Source: Octopus sinensis (lineage: Eukaryota). Taken from it: 64,000 nucleotides of DNA. Positions 11,409 to 24,269 of this stretch are shown here, in pieces; the stretch's first letter is position 1, and every line of letters starts with the position of its first letter. The stretch is taken from the NCBI RefSeq assembly GCF_006345805.1, contig NC_043001.1, positions 47,678,001 through 47,742,000 on the forward strand. The letters are read 5' to 3'. Both the position numbers and the translations under genes were made by a program. Under the pieces are notes generated by a model. That model saw only the letters and a list, made by a program, of their open reading frames with translations, was not told the origin of the DNA and searched no databases.

Positions 11409-12402
11409 CACACACGCACACACACTCGTCCATGTATGCATGCATGCATTTGTATGTATGTACGTATACAATGAGATAAAAGTCTTCTGCTAACTGAGAT
11501 CAGAAGACAAAACCTACATTCAATAGACATTTAATGCTTTTTTTTAGATTTTAGGCACCTCTATATAAGTATTTAAATCGTCTGATTCTCGGATTAATCT
11601 TATTTAAACGAAGGTATTCAACTTCGTCTATTCATACACGAGATTCTACTGCACACACACACACACATACATATATATAAAATTAATTAATGATGTAGAA
11701 TAATGATTGTGTTGGGTAATAATTACGTGAAGGACTGTCTGATAAAATTAGCGTCAATTATTTTCGTTTTGCGATGCAAGGGAAATAATAAAGTATTGAA
11801 ACTATCTTTAGAACCAGGAGTTGCTTCCCCTGAAATTACGTTTATTTTTTGCTTTTACAATTAATTTTCCTTTTATTTGAATTTATTTTTTTTAATCCAC
11901 CATTTATAGTTTGTTTGGAAATTTCTATGCTTTTCCTAAGCTGTTATCTGGATGAAGGTTTTATTCTTTGCATGTGTAATTGTCATACATTTAAAAAATT
12001 ATTTTTATTAAGGCGGTGAGCTGGCAGAATCGTTAGCAGTTGAGTACTAGTGTCGACTTACCCCTCCCCCAGCTTTTCGCGTCAACTTGCAATATCGTCC
12101 ACTTATCGGTCAAAAATTGCTCCATTGCTCACCTGTGTAAAAAAAAACCAACCCTAATACAACCATCCCCCTAGGAGAACACCCCCCTACCCTTGTATCA
12201 TTGGACACACACACTATATTGTAGACTCATTGCCTGGTTAGTACCGTTTGGACCAAATACGCAGTTGTTTACAAATCCCTCATTGTGGGTTTAGTTTTGC
12301 TGTTAGTGTGAAAAAAATTCTAACGTTAAGTTTATATTATGCAGATAGATTAAGTTCTGGAAACTTGCGCTTTCTTTTACATTGATTTTTATTTTTCCCA
12401 AA

Positions 12403-13030
12403 CTAACCATTGATCAGAACTACTGATGCAAAAATAAGGATTGTATTATAAAGGAAAAGAATAGAACTTTTTAATGAGAACCATGTGTCTGGTGTGATGC
12501 AGCTAGTGCAGATACATTCGGTTTTCAAAGAGTCAAGTTGTGGAAATTGATGGAGTCGACGTTTTGAAATGTTAGTCTTATACAGCAGCAATTTTGAAAC
12601 GAAGATAGTGGTAAAGGATTTACAATCAATGAGAGTTTTTCTATTTCCTTGCAATAACATATTCGAATAATTTAATTTTGTGAATATATCACAAGGAAAA
12701 AAGATATCGCACCTTGCAACCATCAATGAAGCGGATAATGGAGTATCTTCATAGAAAGATATGATTATATGAAATAGTTTAATAAAGCGTAAAACACAGT
12801 TTCCTTTTGACACCCACCACACTTCGGTATGGAGTAAGAGTTTAGTATAGTCCTCATCATTTCTCAGACAGAATTGATGGAAAATTCGATCAGACAAGGG
12901 ACTGGACCTCAATTTATTCACAGTCTTGATAACTAACTGTAGCGCGTCATTCAATCTACCGTTCATATTGTTTGCCATTAAATGCTGCTAGTGTGCCAAG
13001 CAATGAACAGTTAGTATCTGGTGGGAAATT
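12403..13030 (-). pseudogene. hAT (Buster/Charlie-like) transposase fragment
   Basis: ORF 12403-12978: VNKLRSSPLSDRIFHQFC...LLLHTEVWWVSKG..LRF matches hAT LLLHTEVRWLS(R/K)G. Confidence 0.85.
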
Positions 13031-13573
13031 TCACGCTTTAGGAGAGATGAAAAGCCTCTGTATCTTCCTATCTTTGAAGGGGCTCCATCAGATGCACAGG
13101 TAAGAATATTACTGAGTGGGGTATTATGTTCAAAAAGGAAAGACGCACAAATTTCCTTAGGTGCCTGATCAACACCAAGTCTCTTGCATGTTGGAACTTC
13201 CTTCTTTTTCCGCTATCTTTATGGCTTGACTCGCTTCGCTAGTCACTGTCGCTTTTCTAGCACCTACAGCCTTGCCTCTGCAAATGGCTCGCTGTTTTGC
13301 AGGCAAATTTTTGGCACTGCTCATTCTCACAGCAGCCAATATTCTCTCATTTACCTTGATTTTTTGCATTCTCGTGATTTCAACTTAGCTGGACGTAGGT
13401 CCGTCTCGTTTGCGCATCAAGTTTTGCTGGCTACACAACCTTTTTCACCTCTTCGCTACAGAAATATCTTCCATTTATCGTCTATTTTGTCTCTCCAAAA
13501 TGACTTGGGAGGGTTGCTATCTGTAGCGAACTCTAGTGAACTTCCTCTCTCTGTTATATAACAGACATACGAA

Positions 13574-14130
13574 TGTAACAGGTAAGAGCTAACCTTTGGG
13601 GCTGTTTTGGACCCCGTTGTGTCTACCACTCCGATTGGTTGGTATTGGCACAATTTGTCTCTTACTCTATCGCGCACCAATATGCAGCCCAACCAATCGC
13701 AGCCTTCAAATAAGTCACGTGAGACAGTATGTTCCAAACAAGCATTTGAGCCTACCATCAACTATAAAAGCTCATCTCTTGTTTCTAGTCTCAACGTCAG
13801 TTGGTTTCAGACTTTCTAAGGTCTAACTACTGATCACATTGCAGCGACCTCCATCTTCGTCGCCACCACTGATGTCTCTCACCAACGTCACCAACATCTA
13901 CACAGCACCAACACACTGCACTGGTTCCTACACATCGCTGTCCGTGAGCTTCTCACCAGGGTTAACAGCTAACATTCAACCTACACAGCTGCCTGTAGAT
14001 ATATGAACAAACGTCTATCAACCACTCCCATTCAGCATGTGTATATATGAGGCCTCGTTAAAGCTATTTAAAGTCACCAGCCTTGTGTTTGTATATTCTT
14101 CATCCGGGTCTACTACCAAACAACATTACA
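13574..14130 (+). mobile_element. Possible solo LTR
   Basis: TGTAA...TTACA termini, CCAAT and TATAAAA motifs; no TSD, PBS or PPT found. Confidence 0.3.
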
Positions 14131-14174
14131 GCCTTCTGAGCGGAGTCTCATTAGATGACACCTATAACATCTAA

Positions 14175-14221
<47 letters not shown>

Positions 14222-14244
14222 CATTATCATCATCATCATCATCA

Positions 14245-14288
<44 letters not shown>

Positions 14289-14504
14289 GTCGACAGAGAA
14301 AAGGAATTTTGTTATTACCGCAACACGCTTTGTTTGAGCTATTCACCGTTGACTCGTTTTCTTTCCACTGTCAAGGGCGTTATATTATCTATTTGTTGTG
14401 ATTTATTAATATTGGGTGTATAATTATGTAGTTTTGAGGCGATTCTATAGGAGATAGTTGTGCTTCTTTTTTACTTAATTTTCTTTTTATTTTCCGTGTG
14501 TCAA

Positions 14505-14865
14505 TCATTGGACTGCGGGCATGCTAGGCACCGCCTCGAAAGGTTTAAGTTGAACAAATCGACCCCAGTACTTATATTTTTAAATCTGTCACTTATTCTA
14601 TCTATCACTAATTTTTACGTTATGCGGACGTAAAAAACGAACACCGGTTGTCAAGCGAAGTGGAGAACAAACATTAAAACAAACACACATTTATACATAT
14701 ATACAGCGAGCTTCTAGACAGTTCTTATCTAACAAATTCACCGATAAGGCGCTGGTCGGCCAAGGTATAGTAGAAGACACTTCTCTAAGGTGCCACACAG
14801 TGGAACTGATCCCGAAGCCACGTAGTTGCAAAGCGAGCTTCTTAGCCACACAGCCATGCCTACGC
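14505..14865 (-). mobile_element. SINE family B, diverged
   Basis: Tail and head both align in reverse complement. Confidence 0.75.
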
Positions 14866-15807
14866 TTGTTAGGTAATATTTTCCTTTCAAGTTTTGTTTT
14901 ATGCTGTGCAACACAGTGCGTTGCTGTTTGCCCGTATTATAATTGCACGGCATGTTCTTTGCCTAATCCAGCTAATCGATTCCAGTTTTGTATAATTAAC
15001 TCTTAAGTCCATGTAAGTCACAGGACCACACAAGACAGCATTAGCCAGCCAATCCTGAAACGCACGATATCACAAGAACCATACTAACCTTGTTGAGATT
15101 CATTTTGAAGGAAGTGAGGAACTCTCTAATGTAGATAAGATACATTTATCCTTTATTCCATTATTTGTTTCTGTTCTATAACAGAATCATTACACTTATA
15201 AAATTTTTCATAGGATATTAAGAGGTAATAGACAGGGATCTGTCTGTTGCCATGGTAAGATCTTTGGGCAGAATTCCTTACAGTATTTGTTACAGTACTT
15301 TGCGTTCTGAATTCAAATCCCGCCATGGTCTACTTAGATGATAGATCTGATATGTCACCCGATTTAAACCCACCAAATGGTACCTTGAGTGCCATTAACA
15401 GGATCCACACTGTTGCAAGCATTCACACTAGGTCTCCGGTTTGAAAATAGCTTTTCCTTCCGCCAGTCTCGGAGGCTATGTGAAAAATAATGGACTGCCT
15501 TCCCTCTTAACTAAAATGTTTTAAAAAGATCCCAACGCCGCCCACTAAATGATTTTTTACAACCAGTTCCGATTCTTGCTTGTGTAACATCACATTCTGT
15601 TTAGCTTAAGCAAAGTATTCTGATAATTTAACTAAATTTTGGAAATATATGACGAAGACAGAAAACTTCAATGCCGGCAAAAGATGCACTTTTTACAAAA
15701 TGTTTTTAAATGTATAAAAAAGTTGTCTCGTATCTAATGAGGCAGTGTAACGGTTGGGAGAGCAAGTGGGAGAGCTAGGCACAATAATTGTTACTAATAA
15801 TACTTTC

Positions 15808-15945
15808 TACTATAGGTACAGTGCCTGGAATTTTAGGGGAGGGGATAGTCGATTACATCGACTCTAGAGCGTAACTGGTACTATTTCATCGACCCCGAAA
15901 GGATAAGGCAAAATCAACCGCAGCAGAATTTTAACACGGAACGCG
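15808..15945 (-). mobile_element. SINE family A
   Basis: tcatcgaccccgaaaggataaggcaaa. Confidence 0.75.
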
Positions 15946-16099
15946 AAGACAGATGAGACCCCGAAACCAAAATATAGCAGTCTGTTAACAAATAGTCATG
16001 GAAAATTGCTTACAGTACGTCCGAAGTTTTGTGGTAGGTCACACCATCTTATTTTACCTCTTTCATCAGCATAAATAATCCACACCTGATACGTCTCTT

Positions 16100-16503
16100 T
16101 CTCTTTCTCTTTTACTTGTTTCAGTCGTTTGACTGCGGCCATGCTGGAGCACCGCCTTTAATCGAGCAACTCGACCCCGGGACTTATTCTTTGTAAGCCC
16201 AGTACTTATTCTATCGGTCTCTTTTGCCGAACCGCTAAGTGACGGGACATAAACACACCAGCATTAGTTGTCAAGCAATGCTAGGGGGACAAACACAAAC
16301 ACACAAACATACACGCACATATATATACACACATACATATATACGACGGGCTTCTTTCAGTTTCCGTCTACCAAATCCACTCACAAGGCTTTGGTCGGCC
16401 TGAGGCTACAGTAGAAGACACTTGCCCAAGGTGCCACGCAGTGGGACTGAACCCGGAACCATGTGGTTGGTAAACAAGCTACTTACCACACAGCCGCTCC
16501 TGC
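16100..16503 (-). mobile_element. SINE family B, full length, young
   Basis: Complete head, short central repeat and tail; CpGs retained. Confidence 0.9.
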
Positions 16504-16559
16504 GTCTAACTTTATCTAATGTGTCTAACTTTATCTAATGACCCCGAAACCAAGGCTCA

Positions 16560-16750
16560 GTCTTCGCAGTGGAAGACCCCGACAAGATTTCAAGACGTTG
16601 AGAAAATCCAAGAGAATGCGATGAGGCAGCTGCTTTCTCGAAAAAGGAGTTTCAGGAATGCTTCCCTCAATGGAAATAAAATGCTGAATTGACATATGTC
16701 GTAGTTTTCTATTTATAGCACAGTTCAGATACTTTTGGATTAGACTTTGT
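16560..16750 (+). mobile_element. Mariner 3' end remnant
   Basis: RFQDVEKIQENA.RQL...KKEFQECF.QWK; ends acttttggattagactttgta (TIR-like plus TA). Confidence 0.65.
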
Positions 16751-17024
16751 AGCCATGTTGCACCATTCAGCTGGATGATTGCGGTTACATAAAACATAAT
16801 AGCCAAACGTACAAGTTTTACATCCAGTAAAGCAATTCAGACCAAAATATAAACAACTGCGCAGTTGATCTGAAAGATGATAAATTTGAAATATGCTACG
16901 CACATAATATAGTTTATTTATGGTTTTATGTCTTATTTCAGTATACTGTCACAATATTGTATTTACTTGCGCAGAATCATACATGCATACATACATACAT
17001 ACATACATACATACATACATACAT

Positions 17025-17346
17025 TAAAAGACTCCGCCGGTTACGACGACGAGGGTCCCAGCTGATACGATCAACGGAACAGCTTGCTCGTGAAATTAAC
17101 GTGCAAATGGCTGAGCATTCCACAGACACGTGTACCCTTAACGTAGTTCTCGGGGATAATCAGCGTGACACAGAGAGTGACAAGGCTGACCCTTTGAAAT
17201 ACAAGTACAACTCATTTTTGCCAGCTGAGTGGACTGGAGCAACGTGAAATAAAGTGTCTTGCTCAAGGACACAACGCGTCGCCGGGAATCGAACTCACAA
17301 CCTTACGATCATGAGCCGAATGCCCTAACCACTAAGCCACGCGCCC
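17025..17346 (-). mobile_element. SINE family C (tail type 2)
   Basis: A-box tggcttagtgg, B-box gttcgattc, CORE-like gtgtccttgagcaagacacttt; sister copy at 28072. Confidence 0.9.
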
Positions 17347-17354
17347 TCACACAT

Positions 17355-17412
<58 letters not shown>

Positions 17413-18084
17413 TACATTATACACACACATATACATACAAGCAAAGTAACCAGTTCTAAAATCTCTATAAGAGATGCAAGTAGTAACGATACTGAAAAGT
17501 AATGTTTGTTGCCAGTTCAGCGTGACTGTTCCATGCAGAACTATGTTACTACACCTTAACCATAGGAAAATATCTTCTCTAGCTGGCTAACGACACACAA
17601 CCTGAATCTGCTGTCAGACACAGGTTGTGTGTCATTAACCAGCTGGAAAGGATGTTTTCCTGGGGTTAAAATGTAGTTGCATAGTTCTGTAAGGAACAAT
17701 CACGCTGAAGTTGTAACAAACATTACTTTTTATACATACTTACATATGTGTGTGTGTGTATGCATACATCACTAATATTAATACGCCAATTTGTTTTTTG
17801 TACGTACCTGACGCGTGTGTCACGCTTAAGAGAAAGAAATTTTGTTGCTTAAATAAACATTTTTAACTAGATCCCTTATTGGCGAAAGCATTCAAAAAAT
17901 TAAATTCATAGAGCCGAACAAAATCAAAAATATTAATTCTATTTTTTCCCTTTCCTTAATACTAACAAGAGCATAGTATGAGAGAGGTTTTGCTGTTATT
18001 TCTAGCAAATTGAAAAACCACACAGAGTTGTTCAATTGGCTCATTTGTTTGTTGATATGTATAAGAAAAACTAAAACACACACA

Positions 18085-18310
18085 CACACACACACACATG
18101 AATGTGTCTGTGTTTGTACCCAACCACCATTGCTTGACAACCGATGTTGGTGTGTTTGCGTCCCTGTAACTTAGCTGTTCAGCAGAAGAGACTGATAGAA
18201 TAAGCACCAGGGTCACAAGGAATAAGTCCAGGGGTCAATTTCTTCGACTAAAGGGGTGTGCTCCAGCATGACCACCGTCAAATGACTGAAACAAGTACAA
18301 GAATAAAAGA
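18085..18310 (+). mobile_element. SINE family B 3' half
   Basis: gcttgacaaccgatg...gactgaaacaagtacaaga. Confidence 0.8.
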
Positions 18311-18469
18311 ATATCAGAAGAACATTCCGTACCACTAAACCAAGAAGGTTCTCTGAATATGTACGATGTATTTTAAGGCTAGATAGTAATTCTGTTTACG
18401 CTTGCGTAGCAGATATTTTGGTTGGATTATATAGTTATCGGTTTTACCTTTCTTTCTATATTCTGTAAC

Positions 18470-18852
18470 TGTCGCAATAGGCACAAGTCCTGAAATTTGG
18501 GGTGGGAGAGAGGGCCTGTCAATTAGATCGGCCCCAATACGCAACTGGTACTTAATTTATCGACCCCGAAAAGATGAAAGGCAATTTGAACTCAGAAAGT
18601 AAAGACAGACGAAATACCTATTTCTTTACTACCCACAAGGGGGTAAACACAGAGAGGACAAACAAGGACAGGCAAACGGATTAAGTCGATTATATTGACC
18701 CCAGTGCGTAACTGGTACTTGTTTAATCGACCCCAAAAGGATGAAAGGCAAAGTCGACCTCGGCGGAATTTGAACTCAGAACGTAGCGACAGACATAATA
18801 CTGCTAAGCATTTCGCCCGGCGTGCTAACGATTCAGCCAGCTCGCCGCCTTT
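18470..18852 (-). mobile_element. SINE family A, full copy plus tandem partial second unit
   Basis: Junction aaagaaata|ggtatttcg restarts the unit internally. Confidence 0.9.
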
Positions 18853-19154
18853 AGTTGTCACAATATAGAAACATTTCTCATGGTACCAGCACACAATTTA
18901 TAGATGCTTACATTTATTTTATTTTCCGTGAATTTTTCACGGGTCCAGCTGGTATATATAAAACTAAAAATGACTCTGACGTAAGTAGCGTTTACTTTTT
19001 CATTTGCTCAATCTTTGTCAACCGAATAATGCAACAATTGAGTAAACCTATCAATAACGAACCTATAATGACTGCTGGAAACAGCTGTGAGTCAAACTTA
19101 CGACAATAAAGGAAAATATGTAATCACCTTGTCTTGCATGCGTAAAAACCAGTA

Positions 19155-19672
19155 CCGTAAATCCTCGAGTATAGTCCACCCTTGAGTATAATACGCAGGG
19201 TGTTTTTAGGGGCTGTACTTCTGAAAAACCTAAACCTTGTGTATAATACGCACCCCTTCTCTAACTTGAGTCGTGCGTAATTAAATCAGCAGCACCTAGT
19301 CGAACAAACACTTCCGCGCATGCGTAATGGTGATGTTCTTAACTGTTATATGGGAATGTAAATATGTCTGCAAATTGTTTTTGTTACATGTTATTCTGTG
19401 TTCTGAATACTTTTATTTTAATAAATGTTGCTTACTGAAAGTTGTGGATGATTCTTTTATGACTTCATTGCTTTCGGGTTTAGCTTAAGGTATTTTCGTG
19501 CCTGACATCTCGAAATGCGTCTGAATAAACATTGCCGGACTGCAAATAGAGACTCGGACATTGCATTGCTTAGAAAATATTTTTCATTTTTAACCTCGTA
19601 TATAGTACGCACTAGGGATTTTGACCTTTAAATTTTGGGAAAAAAGTGCGGATTATACTCGATGATTTACGG
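19155..19672. mobile_element. pogo/Tigger-type MITE with TIRs and TA TSD
   Basis: ta-ccgtaaatcctcgagtatagtcc ... ggattatactcgatgatttacgg-ta. Confidence 0.85.
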
Positions 19673-19846
19673 TATATCTGGAGTACAACGATGGATTTCT
19701 AATATAGAATGACGATAATCTATAACCTCGGGCTCTGCCACAAGAATACGCGGAGTTCTTTACTAATCTAAACAATATTGTTAGCCTGGTGTGCTAACAG
19801 ACAGCTTAGAAAGTATTTTGCCCGGATTGATAATCCCTCATTAACG

Positions 19847-19899
<53 letters not shown>

Positions 19900-19931
<32 letters not shown>

Positions 19932-20286
19932 CCGCCAACAATGCTTGACAACAATATTGGTTTACGTCGCCGTAACCGAGCGGTTCAGCCCCAAAGACCG
20001 ATAGAATAAGTACCAAACTTTAGAAGATAAGTAGTGGTGTTGATTTGTTCAACTAAACTCTTCAAAGCGGTGCTCCAGCATGGCCACCGTCCATTGACGG
20101 AAAGAAGTAAAAGAGAAAAGGTAATATGTGTAAGAAGCTTGCTTCCCAACCACATGATTCCGGGTTCAGTCCCACTGCGTGGCATCTTGAGCGAGTGTCT
20201 TGTACTATAGCCTCAGGCCGACCAAAGCCTTGTGACTGTAGGTGGTAGACGGCAACTGAAAGAAGCTCGTCGTATCTATCTATCTA

Positions 20287-20346
<60 letters not shown>

Positions 20347-20590
20347 CATACATACATACATACATACATACATATGTGTTTGTGTGTGTGGTTGTGTCTA
20401 TGTTTGTTCCTCTCCATCGTTTGACAACCGATGTTGGTGTGTTTATGTCCTCGTAACTTAGCGGTTCGGCAAAAGGGACTAATAGAATAAGTACTAGGCT
20501 CACAAATGATAAGTCCTGGGGTCGCTTTCTTCGACTAAAACCCTTTAACGCGGTGCTCCAGCACAGATGTAGTCAAATGAGTGAAACATG
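19900..20590 (+). mobile_element. SINE family B tail (19900-20115) followed by a full family B copy (20125-20590) with (ATCT)n centre
   Basis: Family B head and tail motifs. Confidence 0.85.
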
Positions 20591-21344
20591 TAGAGGGTGG
20601 GGCAGAGATGTCGGACGTTTTTGAAATGGTTATTACTCATCCCCAAAGGGAGAGACATATGTCCGATAGGTGCCATTCGATCCATGGTGTCTTAGCAGTT
20701 ATTTTCTTTTCAGGTGCTGTGAACGATAGAGCAGTGACGTGAAGAAAAAGAAGTCTGTCACAGCGGTTCAGCGTGAGTTTCGGCCCCACTTCAGTATTCA
20801 CCGAAATCAGGCTGTTTCCACCCGTAACACTATCTTACGTTGTTTTTGCTGTTGTTGTTCTTTAACTCCTCATTCTGGGTGTGACTTAGAGCAAAGATGG
20901 TCTCCATAACGCTGTGTTTTCGGGAGTATATGTCATGAGGAAATGAAGTCTTTAATTTGATTCAATGTGTAAAAAGAAAAACTACAGTGGGAGTCAGAAA
21001 TGATTGACCGACGGATCAAACATCTTTCGTTTATTAAATTTTTTTCGTCCATATCAGAAATAATTGATCGACGGATCAAATATCTTTCGTTTATTAAATT
21101 TTTTTCGTCCATATCAAGGCACATTATGTTTGAATTTGTTTATAATCACTCCCACTATCTCAAACATGATCGAATATTCTTCAGTCTACCTCCTTCATGC
21201 CACTACAAAAACTTACAGGAATCACAAATATTGCTGCTGCTGCTGCTGCTGCTATTGTTGTTGTTGTTGTTGTTGTTGTTGCTGTTGCTGTTATTTAGCT
21301 TAGGATCAAATCACCTTGCTCAATCCAAAGTTAAACCACTGAAG

Positions 21345-21510
21345 GCGCAGATGTGTCAGTGTTGCAAGAAGTTTGCTTCCCGGCCAAATAGTTCTGGGTT
21401 CAGTTCCACTGCATGGCACCTTGGGCAAGTGTCTTCTACTATAGCTTCAGGCTGACCAAAGCCTTATGAGCGGATATGGTAGACATAAACTGCAAGAAGC
21501 CCGTCGTGTT
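21345..21510 (+). mobile_element. SINE family B head
   Basis: gcaccttgggcaagtgtcttctactatagc. Confidence 0.8.
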
Positions 21511-22435
21511 GTGTGTGTGTCTGTGTGTATATCTATAATATAAATTGGACATGGCCTATCGTTGTATTCTTTCTTGTCTTGACGTTCACAGCCAAATGGC
21601 AGCGTGGATTCGCGTGAAAATTGGCACACATATGGAGACGGATGCATATATTGGAATGCGGTTTGTAATTTTTTCCCAACCCCCATAGTTAACGAGAAAA
21701 TCAATTTTAAAACTTTTTCTAATGGAATTCCCGTTTGTTCTGCCATTAAAACAACCAGTTGCTCACACAGCCAGCATATACAATTTCGCTAGCAACAAGT
21801 GGAGTACAGGACGACAGTCAGCCAAAACTTTCGCTATGCTGTCTCTCTTCTTTCACCTCTTTGTGGGGATAATAATCTTAATCTTTAGTGATAAATTCTT
21901 ATTCAAACTACATAATAGGCAGAATTGTCGGATTAAGACAGTAGGGTGTTTTGAGGGAGATCTGGCTGCTATTTCTACCAGGTCTAGCTCCCATGTAGAG
22001 GTCTGAACTTAATTTTCATTCATATATTTGCATTTCAAAAATTTAACATAATCTTTTCCGTAAATCAACAATCGTAAACACATACACACGCGCGAGCACG
22101 TATGCACGCCCGCCCGCACGCATACACACACACACACACACACACAGACGTCCATTTCATATATCTTCTTTCAATTTCTGCTCTCTGCAAATAAAATTTT
22201 TACGGATATAACTGCTTACAAAAATAGGGATTAATGTATAATTTCTTTCTATGTTCATAATTAAATCAATGTTTTAATGATTAGACAAAGGTCCAATAAA
22301 ATAGCTCTCTGAAACAGACTACGTACAAATTCGTTCTTCACAACTCCTGAAGCTGTTTTCTGACAAAACAGGGGACCCAGAATGATAAGGTTCAGAAACG
22401 CTGCTATAGATTATGCCTAACCGAAAACGATTACA

Positions 22436-22573
<138 letters not shown>

Positions 22574-22574
22574 T

Positions 22575-22743
<169 letters not shown>

Positions 22744-22751
22744 ATATATAA

Positions 22752-23025
22752 GACTGCGGTCATATTAGAGCATCGCCCTTAGTCGAACAAATCGACCCCA
22801 GGCCTTATTCTTTGTAAGCCTAATACTTATTCCATCGGTCTCTTTTGCCGAACCGCTAAGTTACGGGTGCATAAACACACTAGCATCGATTGTTAAAAAA
22901 TTTTTTTAAACCGATAGAATAAGTAGCAGGCTTAGAAAAAGTCCCGGGATCGATTCGTTCAGCTAAAACCCTTCAAGGTGGTGCCCCAGCATGTTCATAG
23001 TCCAATGACTGAAACAAATAAACGA
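22752..23025. mobile_element. Two divergently oriented SINE family B tails
   Basis: Minus-strand tail 22752-22895, plus-strand tail 22910-23025. Confidence 0.75.
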
Positions 23026-23479
23026 TGAACGATAAAGACACCTTGCTTCTCAAAACCAGGTCGAAACACCTTTCGACAACAGACAAATGACACATGTCTT
23101 TTTTCAACCAATCAAATCGCACAGCTAATCGTTAGTGTCAAAGCCGTGTACAATTCCAACAAAAAAAAAAAAACTCACCAGTTTTCAATTTAATCAAAGA
23201 AACCTTCCACCAAAACGTTCCACTTTATTCACAATCACCTACAACTAGAAGTAAATGCGTAAATACAGTATTACTCCAATTTTTATCGCAGTCTGAAGAA
23301 TCGACATAAGAAACCGCCAGCAAGTACGAGCGGTCTGTACTTTGAGGTACATCAGTTAAATATTTATTTTAATTACAGTATAGAGTTATCTTATTTTTAG
23401 TGTCATTCGTACTTAGTACATAAAACCTAATCATTTACACACATACAAATACTAATAAGTGCGTATATATACATGCACA

Positions 23480-23529
<50 letters not shown>

Positions 23530-24269
23530 ATATATACGTACGTACATATGTACGTATGTAAGTATGTATGTATGTTATGTGTGTATGCGTCTATGAGTAT
23601 TCGATAAAAGCAAAGCACCACTTTATAAATTATCGCGAAATACTATCACGTCTTAATCTTTTAAAAGGTTAGAATTTGCTTGTAAGAGAAAAAAGAAAGA
23701 ATCGGTATCTAAAGCTACATTTAGAGCCTCAAGGATTGTAGATCTGAATTGAATCAGACAAAACATGTCTTCTATCAAAAGACAGAACTAAACACACAGA
23801 CACACACACACACACACATACACAGATACACACACATACACACATACACACACACTCACACACATGTATAAGAGTAATTTTTACTGTTTAAGAACACAAA
23901 GCTGTCTCGTTCACTTTCATTTATTATTAATATTGCTTACTATAAATTGACAAACAGTTTCGTCGCACTTCTGTGGTCTGGTCGTTAATACAACCACTTT
24001 CTAGACAGATTCTATAAACGCCGAGGATGTGACCCTAACTAATTTTGTGGGGACGGAATTGTTCTCTTCTCTTCATTACATCTCCCTTGAAATATGGGAG
24101 TAGTTAATCTCTATTACATATTTTAATAGATAAAATATTTTATGTTTTAGTTAGTGCTGTTGTATATGACTGCCCTTAAACTTTTTTTTATTTGAGGACC
24201 TATTATGCCTTTCAGATTCAATTCCCCCTCATTTTAGTGTTCTACTCCTCCCTTCTAACATGTTATCTG

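Noticed and set aside
20714-20772. 59-nt segment with a good acceptor (ttttcttttcag) and donor (gtgagt)
   Set aside because: Stop codons in all three plus-strand frames and no partner exons found; at most a non-coding exon, unsupported without RNA data.
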